A DNA stretch of 47,148 nucleotides, from contig VXZK01000303.1 of NCBI GenBank assembly GCA_009845545.1, forward strand, positions 1-47,148, written 5' to 3'. Positions within the stretch are counted from its first letter, which is position 1, and each line of letters begins with the position of its first letter. Shown piece by piece: positions 1-8,760 of this stretch. Position numbers and translations under genes: made by a program. The notes below the pieces were generated by a model, which saw nothing but the letters and a program-made list of their open reading frames with translations, did no database searches and had not been told where the DNA came from. This DNA is from Candidatus Poribacteria bacterium (GTDB taxonomy: Bacteria > Poribacteria > WGA-4E > WGA-3G).

Positions 1-182
1 AACAACTAAAACCTTTCACCACAAACCTTCAGGAAAAAATGGGGGTAAGTGACTTTCGCCACGCCGAGTACATGTGAATTTTTCGTGCAGCAGCATAAAA
101 AACCGCGCAATTTCTGTAAAAAAATGCATTTTTTTGCATCGCCGTGTCCTTTTTTGTGTTTTTCAAGGTCTTGTTATTATGA

Positions 183-773
183 ATGGAAGCAGAGTACTCA
201 ACAAACCTCTCAGATGTAATATTGCTGGCGCGCATTCAGAACGGAGATGATGACGCACTTGTCGTCCTCATAGAGAAATATGAGCGGCTGCTGAAAACCA
301 TCATCCATCATGAAATCCACAATGCAACAGAAGAAGCGGATATCTACCAAGAAACCATCCTTGCAGTTGTACGACGGATCCGTCGGCAAGCAGATGACAT
401 AGACTCCGCAGAACAGTGGCTGACGCAGATAGCGCGTAGTAAGTATAAAGCGTTCCTTGTGAATGCAAAAAAACAGAGCCTTATCAAGGAATCGGTTGAA
501 ACGGACTATGATGCTACCGCTGAACAGGAAAGGCAACGCCATTTCCAGCAGTATCACCTGCACGGACGCGTCCTTGAAATCCGAGAGGTTGTTGAGGAGA
601 TAGGTTCCATTTATGTAGAAGTTTTTGAGTTGTGGGAACAGGGACTAACAGAAGCCGAGTCAGCAGCTGTGCTAAAGCTTCCGCCAAACACCGTAAAGTC
701 TCGGCGGAACAAGATACGAAAAGTCGTCCGTGAGCATTTCGGTGTGTCGCTTACGCCCAAAAAGCGGGAGTGA
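183..773 (+). CDS. ECF-type (sigma-70 family) RNA polymerase sigma factor
   Basis: 196-aa ORF. Region-2-like N-terminus (NGDDDALVVLIEKYERLL...IYQETILAVVRR...WLTQIARSKYKAFL) and region-4 HTH (LTEAESAAVLKLPPNTVKSRRNKIRKVVRE). Confidence 0.8.
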   Translation: MEAEYSTNLSDVILLARIQNGDDDALVVLIEKYERLLKTIIHHEIHNATEEADIYQETILAVVRRIRRQADDIDSAEQWLTQIARSKYKAFLVNAKKQSLIKESVETDYDATAEQERQRHFQQYHLHGRVLEIREVVEEIGSIYVEVFELWEQGLTEAESAAVLKLPPNTVKSRRNKIRKVVREHFGVSLTPKKRE

Positions 774-851
774 GCCTGCAATTCAACAGAGAGTTATCGA
801 GTCTCGTGAAAATGGGAAACCGAATGACTCTGTGTCAAAAATCGTATCTTT

Positions 852-880
852 TTGACAATTAATTTTCAATTTGATATAAT
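852..880 (+). promoter_or_regulatory. Consensus sigma-70-type promoter (TTGACA-17 nt-TATAAT)
   Basis: TTGACA at 852-857 and TATAAT at 875-880 with an exact 17-nt spacer. It points toward the ORF starting at 1114, leaving a ~225-nt leader. Confidence 0.5.
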
Positions 881-1113
881 GTTTCTCATGACGAAAGCAT
901 TTGTGATGTGGCATTGGTACAACAACACACCTATACCGCGAATAGCACTGTCGTTATGAGTTTTAGATGAGTATGACACCCCTGGTTTTCTATTGTGTCA
1001 CAAAGACAGGTCCAATTGGAAACTAGCGCGTTATAACAAGGAAGATTGCCAAGCCCACCACAGTGCTTTGCTCTCTTCACACGCAAGGGGACAACCCCCT
1101 ACGGAGAATTCAA

Positions 1114-1683
1114 ATGCTAAAGAAAATTAACTCGAAACGTAGTTTCACTATCGCCCTGCTACTCATTTGTGGGTGTGTTCTGACTGTCACCATGCTTTCA
1201 AAAGCTATCGGCGCAAATATCAGCCTTACAATTGAGGGACCTACTTCAAACCTATGGTGGGATCCAGGTGCCGATTGGGATAATCATCATGTCTACTCAG
1301 GGGTTTACGTTTCGGCAGATCGGATCGGTAACAATGGTGAGGTCATCGGAACTATAAGTGTCTCTGGCGGCCGCTATCCGATCTTTGATGAAGATGAGGT
1401 CCTGACAGATCATGAATATGTTGCCTCCGCGTGCGCCGGTGGTGCCAAGGGCAACGCGAATGCATGGGTTGAAGTTCCTGGTAAAGCAAGAAAGCACGAT
1501 CAAGGGGGAATCGGTGCTGATGCAGTGAATTGGAATAATCCGAACATACCGAACAGTATGAGTGCCTCCGATAGTTGCGTTCGTTGGGAATGGGGGACTG
1601 GTCTTCGCAGTATGTTTGCCTCAGCCTCACATGGAGCCGAAGGTGCTCGAATTGTCCTCGGATTTAATGCATCAGGCATCTAA
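1114..1683 (+). CDS. Secreted hypothetical protein
   Basis: Internal ATG at 1114 gives the signal-peptide-like MLKKINSKRSFTIALLLICGCVLTVTMLSKAIG, preceded by GGAG. I recognise no family. Confidence 0.5.
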   Translation: MLKKINSKRSFTIALLLICGCVLTVTMLSKAIGANISLTIEGPTSNLWWDPGADWDNHHVYSGVYVSADRIGNNGEVIGTISVSGGRYPIFDEDEVLTDHEYVASACAGGAKGNANAWVEVPGKARKHDQGGIGADAVNWNNPNIPNSMSASDSCVRWEWGTGLRSMFASASHGAEGARIVLGFNASGI

Positions 1684-2162
1684 TGCATCACATCTGTCGT
1701 ATCGGAACCGTTTTCATCATATCCATCGTGTTTTTTTTGCAGACAGGGTGTCAACCCGATGAGGGTTCTATAAAAACACACCCTAGCGAAGAAAATAAAA
1801 AGGTGACTGTGGGTGTGAGGGTAGGTGGAAAGGTCTGGAAAATTAACCCAGACCTTTCCTATCAAGCAACAGGAGTTTGGACGAACCCAAATCCACGTTC
1901 ACTCACGGATTCAGAAAAGGCACGACTCAAGTCAATCCAAACGGAAGCACAAAAACTGCGGACGCAACTTGATGAACTTGACAAGGAATCGAATGTCCTT
2001 CATCGACTTCAGCAGCCAGAGATAAAAGTCCGTTATCGTTTTGGAAAGCCGCCGCATCTCTCAAACGGGGGAATTTTTGACTTGGGCGAGTTCCCCATGG
2101 AGCTGGAAAACGGCGAATTCCATTTTCAGATGGAACCTCCCATCCAAACACATTCGGAGTAA
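1683..2162 (+). CDS. Hypothetical lipoprotein-like protein
   Basis: Start overlaps the upstream stop (TAATG), suggesting translational coupling. N-terminus has a hydrophobic stretch ending FLQTGC (lipobox-like). Confidence 0.45.
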   Translation: MHHICRIGTVFIISIVFFLQTGCQPDEGSIKTHPSEENKKVTVGVRVGGKVWKINPDLSYQATGVWTNPNPRSLTDSEKARLKSIQTEAQKLRTQLDELDKESNVLHRLQQPEIKVRYRFGKPPHLSNGGIFDLGEFPMELENGEFHFQMEPPIQTHSE

Positions 2163-2226
2163 CAACTTTTATATCGGGCATGCCTGGTACCTGCCCCGAC
2201 ATATTCACATCATAATAGGAGTCATC

Positions 2227-3240
2227 ATGCACGTCTGTTTTTATCGTTTTTGTCTGTGCCTTCTCTATTATTGCTTCGCTTGTCTCCTTCCACTTGAAGC
2301 ACACGCCAAACCCACAGGCGAAATTATCTTCCGCCACCCAGATCCAACGGAATCTAACGGATTATGGATCGGCAATGTCAATTTCTTCGGGCAGACATCA
2401 CGCCGGATTTTAGATCATGACCTTCTGATTGAGACGCTTTCCATACAAGAAGGGGACCGCTACATAGTTGCTATTGCAAGGAGGTTAAGGGTTTTTGATA
2501 TAGCGAAACTGGGGCGTGATCTTTACCTTCTAGATAGAAAGTATTGGGCTGTAGAAGCGAAAAACCTCACACGGGGGCTGTATGGAGACCTGCTTGATGC
2601 ATCGATCTCTCGAAATGGGGATGTCGTCTTCACAACCGGTCAAGATATTCGATTGAAGGATGGAACGTTTCCGAAACCAGGGATCTATTTTATTTCCCAT
2701 CGTGAGATAAAGAAACCGCATCCTAAAGCTGAACTGTTATTGCAATTGCCATCAGAAGCAGGACCTGTCGACTGGGCACATAACGGGAAAAAAATTGTCT
2801 TCAGTACAGGCGATGGCTGTTTTCTCATGGATGTCTTTAGCGGGAACGTCTCACAAATTCTCAAAGGTGGAAGGTGCTCTAGTTTCTCACCGGATCAAAA
2901 AAAAATCGCTTTTATGAGCTTCGGAATACCGAGAACTCTTAGCCTTCTATCGCTTGCGAACCAGCAGGAATTGAGGCACATAAAACTCGAAGACGGCGTT
3001 TATCCTCGGGATATCACATGGTCTGCTGATAGCCGGTACTTCGTTTACACCATCGGTGGAGAGGGTAATACCCCCTATTCTAATGTCGCAGTGCCTGTTT
3101 CTGGTGGCAGACCTATCCGTATTTTGCAAAAAGCATTTCACGGAGGCGTGCCCGTGTTTAAGTGGACAAATGTCTTATACACCGTGGAACCCACCAAAAA
3201 ACTCACCATCCTCTGGGGTGAACTAAAGCAAACGGAATGA
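2227..3240 (+). CDS. Secreted TolB-like beta-propeller (PD40 repeat) protein carrying the C-terminal tag
   Basis: ATG at 2227 follows AGGAG. Signal-like MHVCFYRFCLCLLYYCFACLLPLEA. PD40-like repeats (FSPDQKKIAFMS, WSADSRYFVYT, WAHNGKKIVFST). C-terminus YTVEPTKKLTILWGELKQTE. Confidence 0.6.
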   Translation: MHVCFYRFCLCLLYYCFACLLPLEAHAKPTGEIIFRHPDPTESNGLWIGNVNFFGQTSRRILDHDLLIETLSIQEGDRYIVAIARRLRVFDIAKLGRDLYLLDRKYWAVEAKNLTRGLYGDLLDASISRNGDVVFTTGQDIRLKDGTFPKPGIYFISHREIKKPHPKAELLLQLPSEAGPVDWAHNGKKIVFSTGDGCFLMDVFSGNVSQILKGGRCSSFSPDQKKIAFMSFGIPRTLSLLSLANQQELRHIKLEDGVYPRDITWSADSRYFVYTIGGEGNTPYSNVAVPVSGGRPIRILQKAFHGGVPVFKWTNVLYTVEPTKKLTILWGELKQTE

Positions 3241-3440
3241 TTTGACACCCGCACTTTCCAACCGTAATTCGATCCACACAACTCAAAGAAGTTAGGATAT
3301 ATGAAAATCAAAACAACTTTTCTTTCATCCGTTTTGATTGTATCAGGAAAGAGAGACTAATAGTGCATCAACTTTGAGTTTATAGGTAATCCTGTTCATA
3401 GTAGGGAAACCATTCATTGCCCGTCGCTTTGCCTTGTGGA

Positions 3441-3463
3441 CGTGCGATAAATCGCACGACTAC
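3441..3463 (-). repeat. GTAG-headed REP-like hairpin
   Basis: Minus strand reads GTAG-T-CGTGCGAT-TT-ATCGCACG (8-bp perfect stem). Lies just downstream of the aldo/keto reductase gene. Confidence 0.5.
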
Positions 3464-3513
3464 GAACATACCATCATATTTGAACTTGAAAAACTACTAA
3501 TACTGAAACTTGC

Positions 3514-4419
3514 TTACAAGAATACCGCCAATCGCTCCCACACGTCCTCTGAAACCGGTGTCGTCGCAGCGGCAAAATTCTGCTCTACCTCTGCCGCATT
3601 CTTAGAACCCGTCAAACTCATCGCAATCCTCGGTTGGCGGAAACAGAATTGAATGGCGAGGTTCAGGACGTTCAGGTTGTTTTCAGTTGCCCACTGATAG
3701 AGCTGATGTGCTTTTTCAGCGTCAGATGTGCTTAAGTGTGCACTGCTAGTTGACACATCTGGCTCGATGCCAGAGAGCAACCCCATTGCAATAGGACTCC
3801 CGTTAATAATACCAATATCGTTTTCGGCAGCGAAGGGTAACAACCATTCGTTTGCAGTTTGGCTCAGAAGCTTGTAATCCAAGTACGTTAGGATAACATC
3901 AACGACACCGGTTTCAATGGCAATTTTATGGAATTCGTGTTGCCGAACCCCAAGTCCGATAAACTTAATCAGTCCTTCCTCGCGCATCCGTTGAAGTTCA
4001 TCCAATGCACCGCCTTTCGCCACAACAGGGGCCATACTATCCGGATCATGCACTAAGCAGACATCAAGATAATCCGTACCCAACAGTCGCAGGCTATTTT
4101 CGACGCTTCGGCGCGTGCCTGCAGCACTAAAGTCGCCGCGCCATTCAGGGTGTGTGCCTGTTTTTGTAGCGAGATAAATCTTCTCCCGCCAACTTCTATC
4201 AGCGAGTGCAAGTCCTACCCGTCTTTCGCTCTCACCGTAGAGGGGGGCAGTGTCCAAATAATTGATTCCCAAATCAATCGCTCGGTGTACTGCCTCGACT
4301 GCTTCGTCGTCGCTAACATCGCCTCTGCCGACCCCCGCGCCTCCCATACCGAGACACGTGACTTCTAATTCCGTACGTCCTAACCGTCGCCTCGGCAACG
4401 GATTTGCTTGTATTGACAT
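3514..4419 (-). CDS. Aldo/keto reductase
   Basis: 301 aa. RRLGRTELEVTCLGMGG...AVHRAIDLGINYLDTAPLYGESERRVG is typical of the AKR family. Confidence 0.85.
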   Translation of the reverse strand: MSIQANPLPRRRLGRTELEVTCLGMGGAGVGRGDVSDDEAVEAVHRAIDLGINYLDTAPLYGESERRVGLALADRSWREKIYLATKTGTHPEWRGDFSAAGTRRSVENSLRLLGTDYLDVCLVHDPDSMAPVVAKGGALDELQRMREEGLIKFIGLGVRQHEFHKIAIETGVVDVILTYLDYKLLSQTANEWLLPFAAENDIGIINGSPIAMGLLSGIEPDVSTSSAHLSTSDAEKAHQLYQWATENNLNVLNLAIQFCFRQPRIAMSLTGSKNAAEVEQNFAAATTPVSEDVWERLAVFL

Positions 4420-4483
4420 AATTTCGCCTTTCTTAATAAGCGTGCCCTATAGAATTATTTGCATTTCTATTGCAAGGTAGATG

Positions 4484-4792
4484 TCAGAGTCCTGTGACAT
4501 ATTCAATTTCCTTTTCGATGCGTGGTCGCAAGCGTGGTTTGAGCGAATCAGCGATGACGAGATCAATCTTCTTCTGAAATAGATCTTCGAGAAAAATACG
4601 GAGTTCCATATACCGATCAAATGACACTTCCTCAAGTTCTACAAGCAGATCTATGTCACTTTTGCTATGAGCAGTGTCTTTAACATAGGATCCAAAAAGT
4701 CCAAGCCGTTTCACACCGTATGTTCTCAGTGTGTTCTGGTGGCTGAGAAGCGTCTGTTTAATCTCGCATTTGGTAAGAATTGCTGTGTTCAT
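4484..4792 (-). CDS. Nucleotidyltransferase-domain protein (MNT-like, Pol-beta superfamily)
   Basis: 102 aa with LGLFGSYVKDTAHSKSDIDLLVEL, i.e. the GS-x9-12-DxD motif. Confidence 0.75.
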   Translation of the reverse strand: MNTAILTKCEIKQTLLSHQNTLRTYGVKRLGLFGSYVKDTAHSKSDIDLLVELEEVSFDRYMELRIFLEDLFQKKIDLVIADSLKPRLRPRIEKEIEYVTGL

Positions 4793-4838
4793 ATTGTGCG
4801 TTCCGTGCTACGGTACAACGGGATATATGCCTACAACT

Positions 4839-5213
4839 TCATCCCGATGTGAACTCTCGGTGTAGATGTCCGCGACGGGCATCTGGAGGAATCACACTTA
4901 CCCACTGCACACCTTTAATCACGTCGTCGGGGATATGTCCATGCTCAACACCTTTCGGTGTGATGACCAAATCCCCAGGACCGATACGATACGATTCAGA
5001 CTGTCCATCCGCCGTTCGCAGCGTCACTGTTGTTGTGCCTTCGGTAAAATACCAATACTCATCGAAATCGTGATAATGAAGTTCAGTTGGATTGTCTTTA
5101 GAGACGGCGAAGGCACCAATCGTCGTCATATCTGGGGTGTCCAAGACTTTACCGAGTACTTCGCCGATGCGCTCCCCTTCACTCAGTCGAATAACGCAAA
5201 GATTCGTATCCAT
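4839..5213 (-). CDS. Cupin-domain protein
   Basis: 124 aa. HYHDFDEYWYF...GDLVITPKGVEHGH matches cupin motifs 1 and 2. Confidence 0.7.
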   Translation of the reverse strand: MDTNLCVIRLSEGERIGEVLGKVLDTPDMTTIGAFAVSKDNPTELHYHDFDEYWYFTEGTTTVTLRTADGQSESYRIGPGDLVITPKGVEHGHIPDDVIKGVQWVSVIPPDARRGHLHREFTSG

Positions 5214-5974
5214 TAGATGACTCCAATGTTTTTCAAGTGCTGCAGTGAATCTGCTACGCGTGCTTTGACACCAGCCTCATCAAGGTTTTCCCCTTCAACA
5301 CCCTCTAATTCCATAGTGAAAGGACCGTAGAAGCCAGCATCATTCAATGTCTGGAAGACCGCTTTAAAATCGACCACACCTTCACCGAGCGTTGGGAAAT
5401 GCCAGGTACGATAGCCGCCGTTTGTATCCTTAAGATGAACCGCACCGACGTGTGGAATAACTTTCTGAACTTCGGTGACAGCCGTCACATTATGGTTATA
5501 ATAATAGACGTTACCCGTGTCGAAGTTAACACAGATATTCGGATGGTTGACCGCTTTCATCGTTTCAAGCGCAATGTCACCGTTGTGTATCAAATCCGGG
5601 TGTGTTTCCAAGCACACTTTAATCCCCGCCGGTGCAGCGTTTTCCCCGATAGCACGGAGCCTGTCATAAACGGCGTTTCTGTCCGCCTCGTCAGCGTGGA
5701 CGCTGACAAAGATAACCTTCACACCCATCTTATCGGCAACCTCCAACGTCGGTTCGAAATCTGAGACAACCGTTTCGGACTGAACATCACAACGCCCTAA
5801 AAGGCTTGTAGCAGTAAGTCCGTGTGCTTTCAGTTCTGATTGGACTGCGTCAACAGACTCAGCCGAAGGCACACCGATTTCTACATTCGTTAGACCGATT
5901 TCCGCTAAGTGTGTATACGCACCCTCACGAAACTGTCGATAACTCCCTAAATTGCAAGCAATAATATTTTCCAT
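5213..5974 (-). CDS. Sugar phosphate isomerase/epimerase (xylose isomerase-like TIM barrel)
   Basis: 253 aa. VCLETHPD...NFDTGNVYYY...HLKD pattern. Its stop overlaps the cupin start (TAATG). Confidence 0.8.
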   Translation of the reverse strand: MENIIACNLGSYRQFREGAYTHLAEIGLTNVEIGVPSAESVDAVQSELKAHGLTATSLLGRCDVQSETVVSDFEPTLEVADKMGVKVIFVSVHADEADRNAVYDRLRAIGENAAPAGIKVCLETHPDLIHNGDIALETMKAVNHPNICVNFDTGNVYYYNHNVTAVTEVQKVIPHVGAVHLKDTNGGYRTWHFPTLGEGVVDFKAVFQTLNDAGFYGPFTMELEGVEGENLDEAGVKARVADSLQHLKNIGVI

Positions 5975-6022
5975 TTTTTCTCCTATTTTTTGTGAAATAA
6001 GACTTACGCAGGTTGTTCTTTT

Positions 6023-6046
6023 GTAGCATAGGCTGTTAGCCTGTGC
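6023..6046 (+). repeat. GTAG-headed REP-like hairpin
   Basis: GTAGCATAGGCT-GTT-AGCCTGTGC. A related copy at 34604-34623 (ATAGCATAAACT-GTT-AGTTT) has compensatory stem changes. Confidence 0.5.
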
Positions 6047-6209
6047 ACTGAGAGCGTCTCGTTTTTTTCAGAGTTTACCCGCTAACAGAACGTCATATCG
6101 TCAAAATTGCGTAAGTTTTGTATAAATGACCAGTATCTGCTCAATTTGCGTAGGTCCTATCAAACTGACATTACTAAACGTGAATTTAAAAATAAAAATT
6201 GAAGCTCCT

Positions 6210-6235
6210 GTAGGTTGGGTTGAACGGAAACCTAC
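6210..6235 (+). repeat. GTAG-headed REP-like hairpin
   Basis: CCTGTAGGTT-gggttgaacgga-AACCTAC: a 7-bp stem that includes the GTAG head. Confidence 0.45.
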
Positions 6236-6344
6236 TAAAAGTCGCACACAACACAGCGTTTTCGTTTTTCGCATTCCAGCAGAGTGCTATATGTATGAAT
6301 AGATAGCAACTTGTGTTGTCTTCCGCTGTTCCAATCTTCCATGC

Positions 6345-8741
6345 TTACTTCTGTATTAGCATCTTGCGTGTAGCCGTGAAATCACCAGCGGTCAGCGTAT
6401 AGAAATACAGACCACTTGCCACAGGTTCACCGAACGCGTTTTTACCATCCCAATACGCCGTACGACTGCGATTTTGGTACTTACCCGCAGCTTGATGCCC
6501 AAGCGTCAATGTCCGCACCAACGCACCGTTCATAGCGTAGATATGCAGTGTAACATCCGCACCCTTCGCCAAGTGATACGGTATCCACGTTTCAGGATTG
6601 AACGGATTGGGAAAGTTTGGCAAAAGGGCACTCTCTTTCGGTGTCAACGCTACGAGGAGTTGTTGTAAAAATCGGATACCGCGTGTGAATTCATATCCGT
6701 GAGATTCAGGTTTCAAGTGCTGAGCAGCGGATAGCCACTGTTTGACATCTGTAGCAGTGAGCATTTCTAAGGCTTGCAGATGTAAAGAAGGTGCGGAGGC
6801 ACTTGTTCCCAATGCTCCAGCGACCAAGACAAGATCAGCGATGTTGACGACACCATCACTGTTGACATCTGCAGCGTTTGATCCTGTCTGGCCGAGATTT
6901 GAAGCAACCAATACCAAATCGGCAATGTTAACAGTGCCATCACCGTTCACATCGCCTGTGAGTTTAGTGGGTTCAGTTATTTCAGCGTTTTCAATCTGAG
7001 GCGCAAACGTTTCACCTGTGCTGTTGGAGACAAGGACATCAGATAATGTCAAAGTAGATGCCTTCACTGCGATGACTTCAAAGGTGAGCGTAGCGAGGGT
7101 GCCGTCACCGTTGCTTTCGCCCGCAGTAGAGGCAGCGTTGAGTTTCACAAGATTCCCTTCCAAAATCGGAGGGACAAAAAATGCGCCATCAGGTAGATAA
7201 TCACTGTTACGACTTTCCACGTAACGGAAAGCAGTGTCGTCGAACCGCACGGTTGCTTGGTAACCTGCAACATTTTTACCGTTAGTAATTTTTATGGACA
7301 ACTTGAGCAGTTGACCAATATTGGGGGATGGCACACTCATGGGCAAGAGGCTTACCGTATCTGATCGATTTCCTGCATCGTTATCAGTATTCATATTCTT
7401 CATATTCATATTATAGAATAGTCTTGGATTGCCAAACACAAAGTGATCGCAAGCATTTCTTCCAAGATCATCGACTTCAATAGTAAGTCTTTCAGTGCCT
7501 TTAGGAATATCAAAATCAATACTCGTGTCCCTATTATTAACGCTTAGCGTTCCTGACTTGTAGATTTCTACGTCATCAGCGTAAACTATAACTTCAATGG
7601 ATACCAGACCAGCGCATGATGTCATGTCGAGGTATGAACTAAACTTTGTATAAACTTTATCAGAAATATCGTAGATAATACGACTTGGAGCATGTGAGTA
7701 CATCCAGTGATCCCAGCTATCCATATGAGGAGAATTTCTGTAATCGACATGCGGTTTATCAGATGTAACCCCATCTGGAGTTTTCTCCCATATGCCTCCT
7801 TCCCAGCCATCCCAGTCTTGAAGTCCGTTTATAGGTACTAAAGAATCAGGAGTATCGTAACTAAACGTAAGGGCAACTGAATTTTTATTGATCTCAGTAT
7901 CTGTAATATTTACAGCAACAGTGGAATTTATCGGAATTCCCATCTCTTCTGCTATAGCTGCAACAAATTTTTTATTTTCGATATTTACATTTCTGTACCA
8001 TTCCTGCATATACTCGGACATTACTGATGTTGAATTTGGCATCTGTCGCACAACATTCCATGCTTCAGGGTTTTCTTCAAATATATGCAAAAACTTATAT
8101 GACAACTGCGATACTCTTGTATAACTAAACGCTCCGCTATCGTGATCTCTTAGTTTTACTTCCCATTCTTCAAGCCAATCAGCACCTGATCCATCATACT
8201 GGACTTCTGGTCTACTTGTCTGCCATCTATGGTGATCTGCTAAAGTATGTCTGTAATCTCTCCAGTTATCGTATGGTGGGTCAGTTTCCCAAGTTTTACT
8301 CATTCTACGAAGAACCCATAGGTTAGCGAGTTCGCATATACCTTCAAGAAACCATCCATTAGGATTACCTTTGAAATCTTCAAAGTTATGCATTAGATGA
8401 CAGAATTCATGTCCAAACTGATAGGATAAATTAGCCCAATCTCTATCAGTGATATACAAACCTATTTTATATTCGTCTTCTTCACCGCCAAATGAATCTC
8501 TATAAAAAGCCTTTGGGTTGTTATTATTCCAGACTATAGTTAGTTTACCTTTAACTTTTAGATCGTTATCAAGGTGTTCTTGAAAGTGAAGTGCGACATT
8601 CTCGCATAGTCTTTTAATGTTAGAAACTTTGGCGTTTCCCCATCTGGCATCATCTTCAACTGTTATGATTAAATTTGCGAAGCTTATAGTAGGCAACAAC
8701 AATAATGCCAGTACCCAGAAAAAAACAATTCTTTTAAACAT
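6345..8741 (-). CDS. Secreted multidomain protein: HExxH metallopeptidase-like region, NPCBM-like module, cohesin-like domain, dockerin repeats, FlgD-Ig/T9SS-type C-terminal domain
   Basis: Start chosen at ATG 8741 (MFKRIVFFWVLALLLLPTISFA signal); the longer ORF to 8951 runs into the IS. HEFCH at 8397-8411. NPCBM-like ~7413-7721 (ends ...CDHFVFGNPRL). Cohesin-like ~6987-7343. Dockerin GDVNGDGTVNIADLV...DVNSDGVVNIADLV at ~6810-6956. C-terminus NFPNPFNPETWIPY...GLYFYTLTAGDFTATRKMLIQK. Confidence 0.75.
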   Translation of the reverse strand: MFKRIVFFWVLALLLLPTISFANLIITVEDDARWGNAKVSNIKRLCENVALHFQEHLDNDLKVKGKLTIVWNNNNPKAFYRDSFGGEEDEYKIGLYITDRDWANLSYQFGHEFCHLMHNFEDFKGNPNGWFLEGICELANLWVLRRMSKTWETDPPYDNWRDYRHTLADHHRWQTSRPEVQYDGSGADWLEEWEVKLRDHDSGAFSYTRVSQLSYKFLHIFEENPEAWNVVRQMPNSTSVMSEYMQEWYRNVNIENKKFVAAIAEEMGIPINSTVAVNITDTEINKNSVALTFSYDTPDSLVPINGLQDWDGWEGGIWEKTPDGVTSDKPHVDYRNSPHMDSWDHWMYSHAPSRIIYDISDKVYTKFSSYLDMTSCAGLVSIEVIVYADDVEIYKSGTLSVNNRDTSIDFDIPKGTERLTIEVDDLGRNACDHFVFGNPRLFYNMNMKNMNTDNDAGNRSDTVSLLPMSVPSPNIGQLLKLSIKITNGKNVAGYQATVRFDDTAFRYVESRNSDYLPDGAFFVPPILEGNLVKLNAASTAGESNGDGTLATLTFEVIAVKASTLTLSDVLVSNSTGETFAPQIENAEITEPTKLTGDVNGDGTVNIADLVLVASNLGQTGSNAADVNSDGVVNIADLVLVAGALGTSASAPSLHLQALEMLTATDVKQWLSAAQHLKPESHGYEFTRGIRFLQQLLVALTPKESALLPNFPNPFNPETWIPYHLAKGADVTLHIYAMNGALVRTLTLGHQAAGKYQNRSRTAYWDGKNAFGEPVASGLYFYTLTAGDFTATRKMLIQK

Positions 8742-8760
8742 TTTATTCTTCCTGTTTATT

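Noticed and set aside
1367-1374. A single GCGGCCGC (NotI) site, as a clue to the specificity of the NotI-like R-M system.
   Set aside because: About 0.4 sites are expected by chance in this window at this composition, so one site shows neither avoidance nor tolerance. Family membership does not fix the specificity.
3301-3360. 19-codon ORF (MKIKTTFLSSVLIVSGKRD) in the 3241-3513 spacer.
   Set aside because: Too short, with no clear RBS or conservation evidence available.
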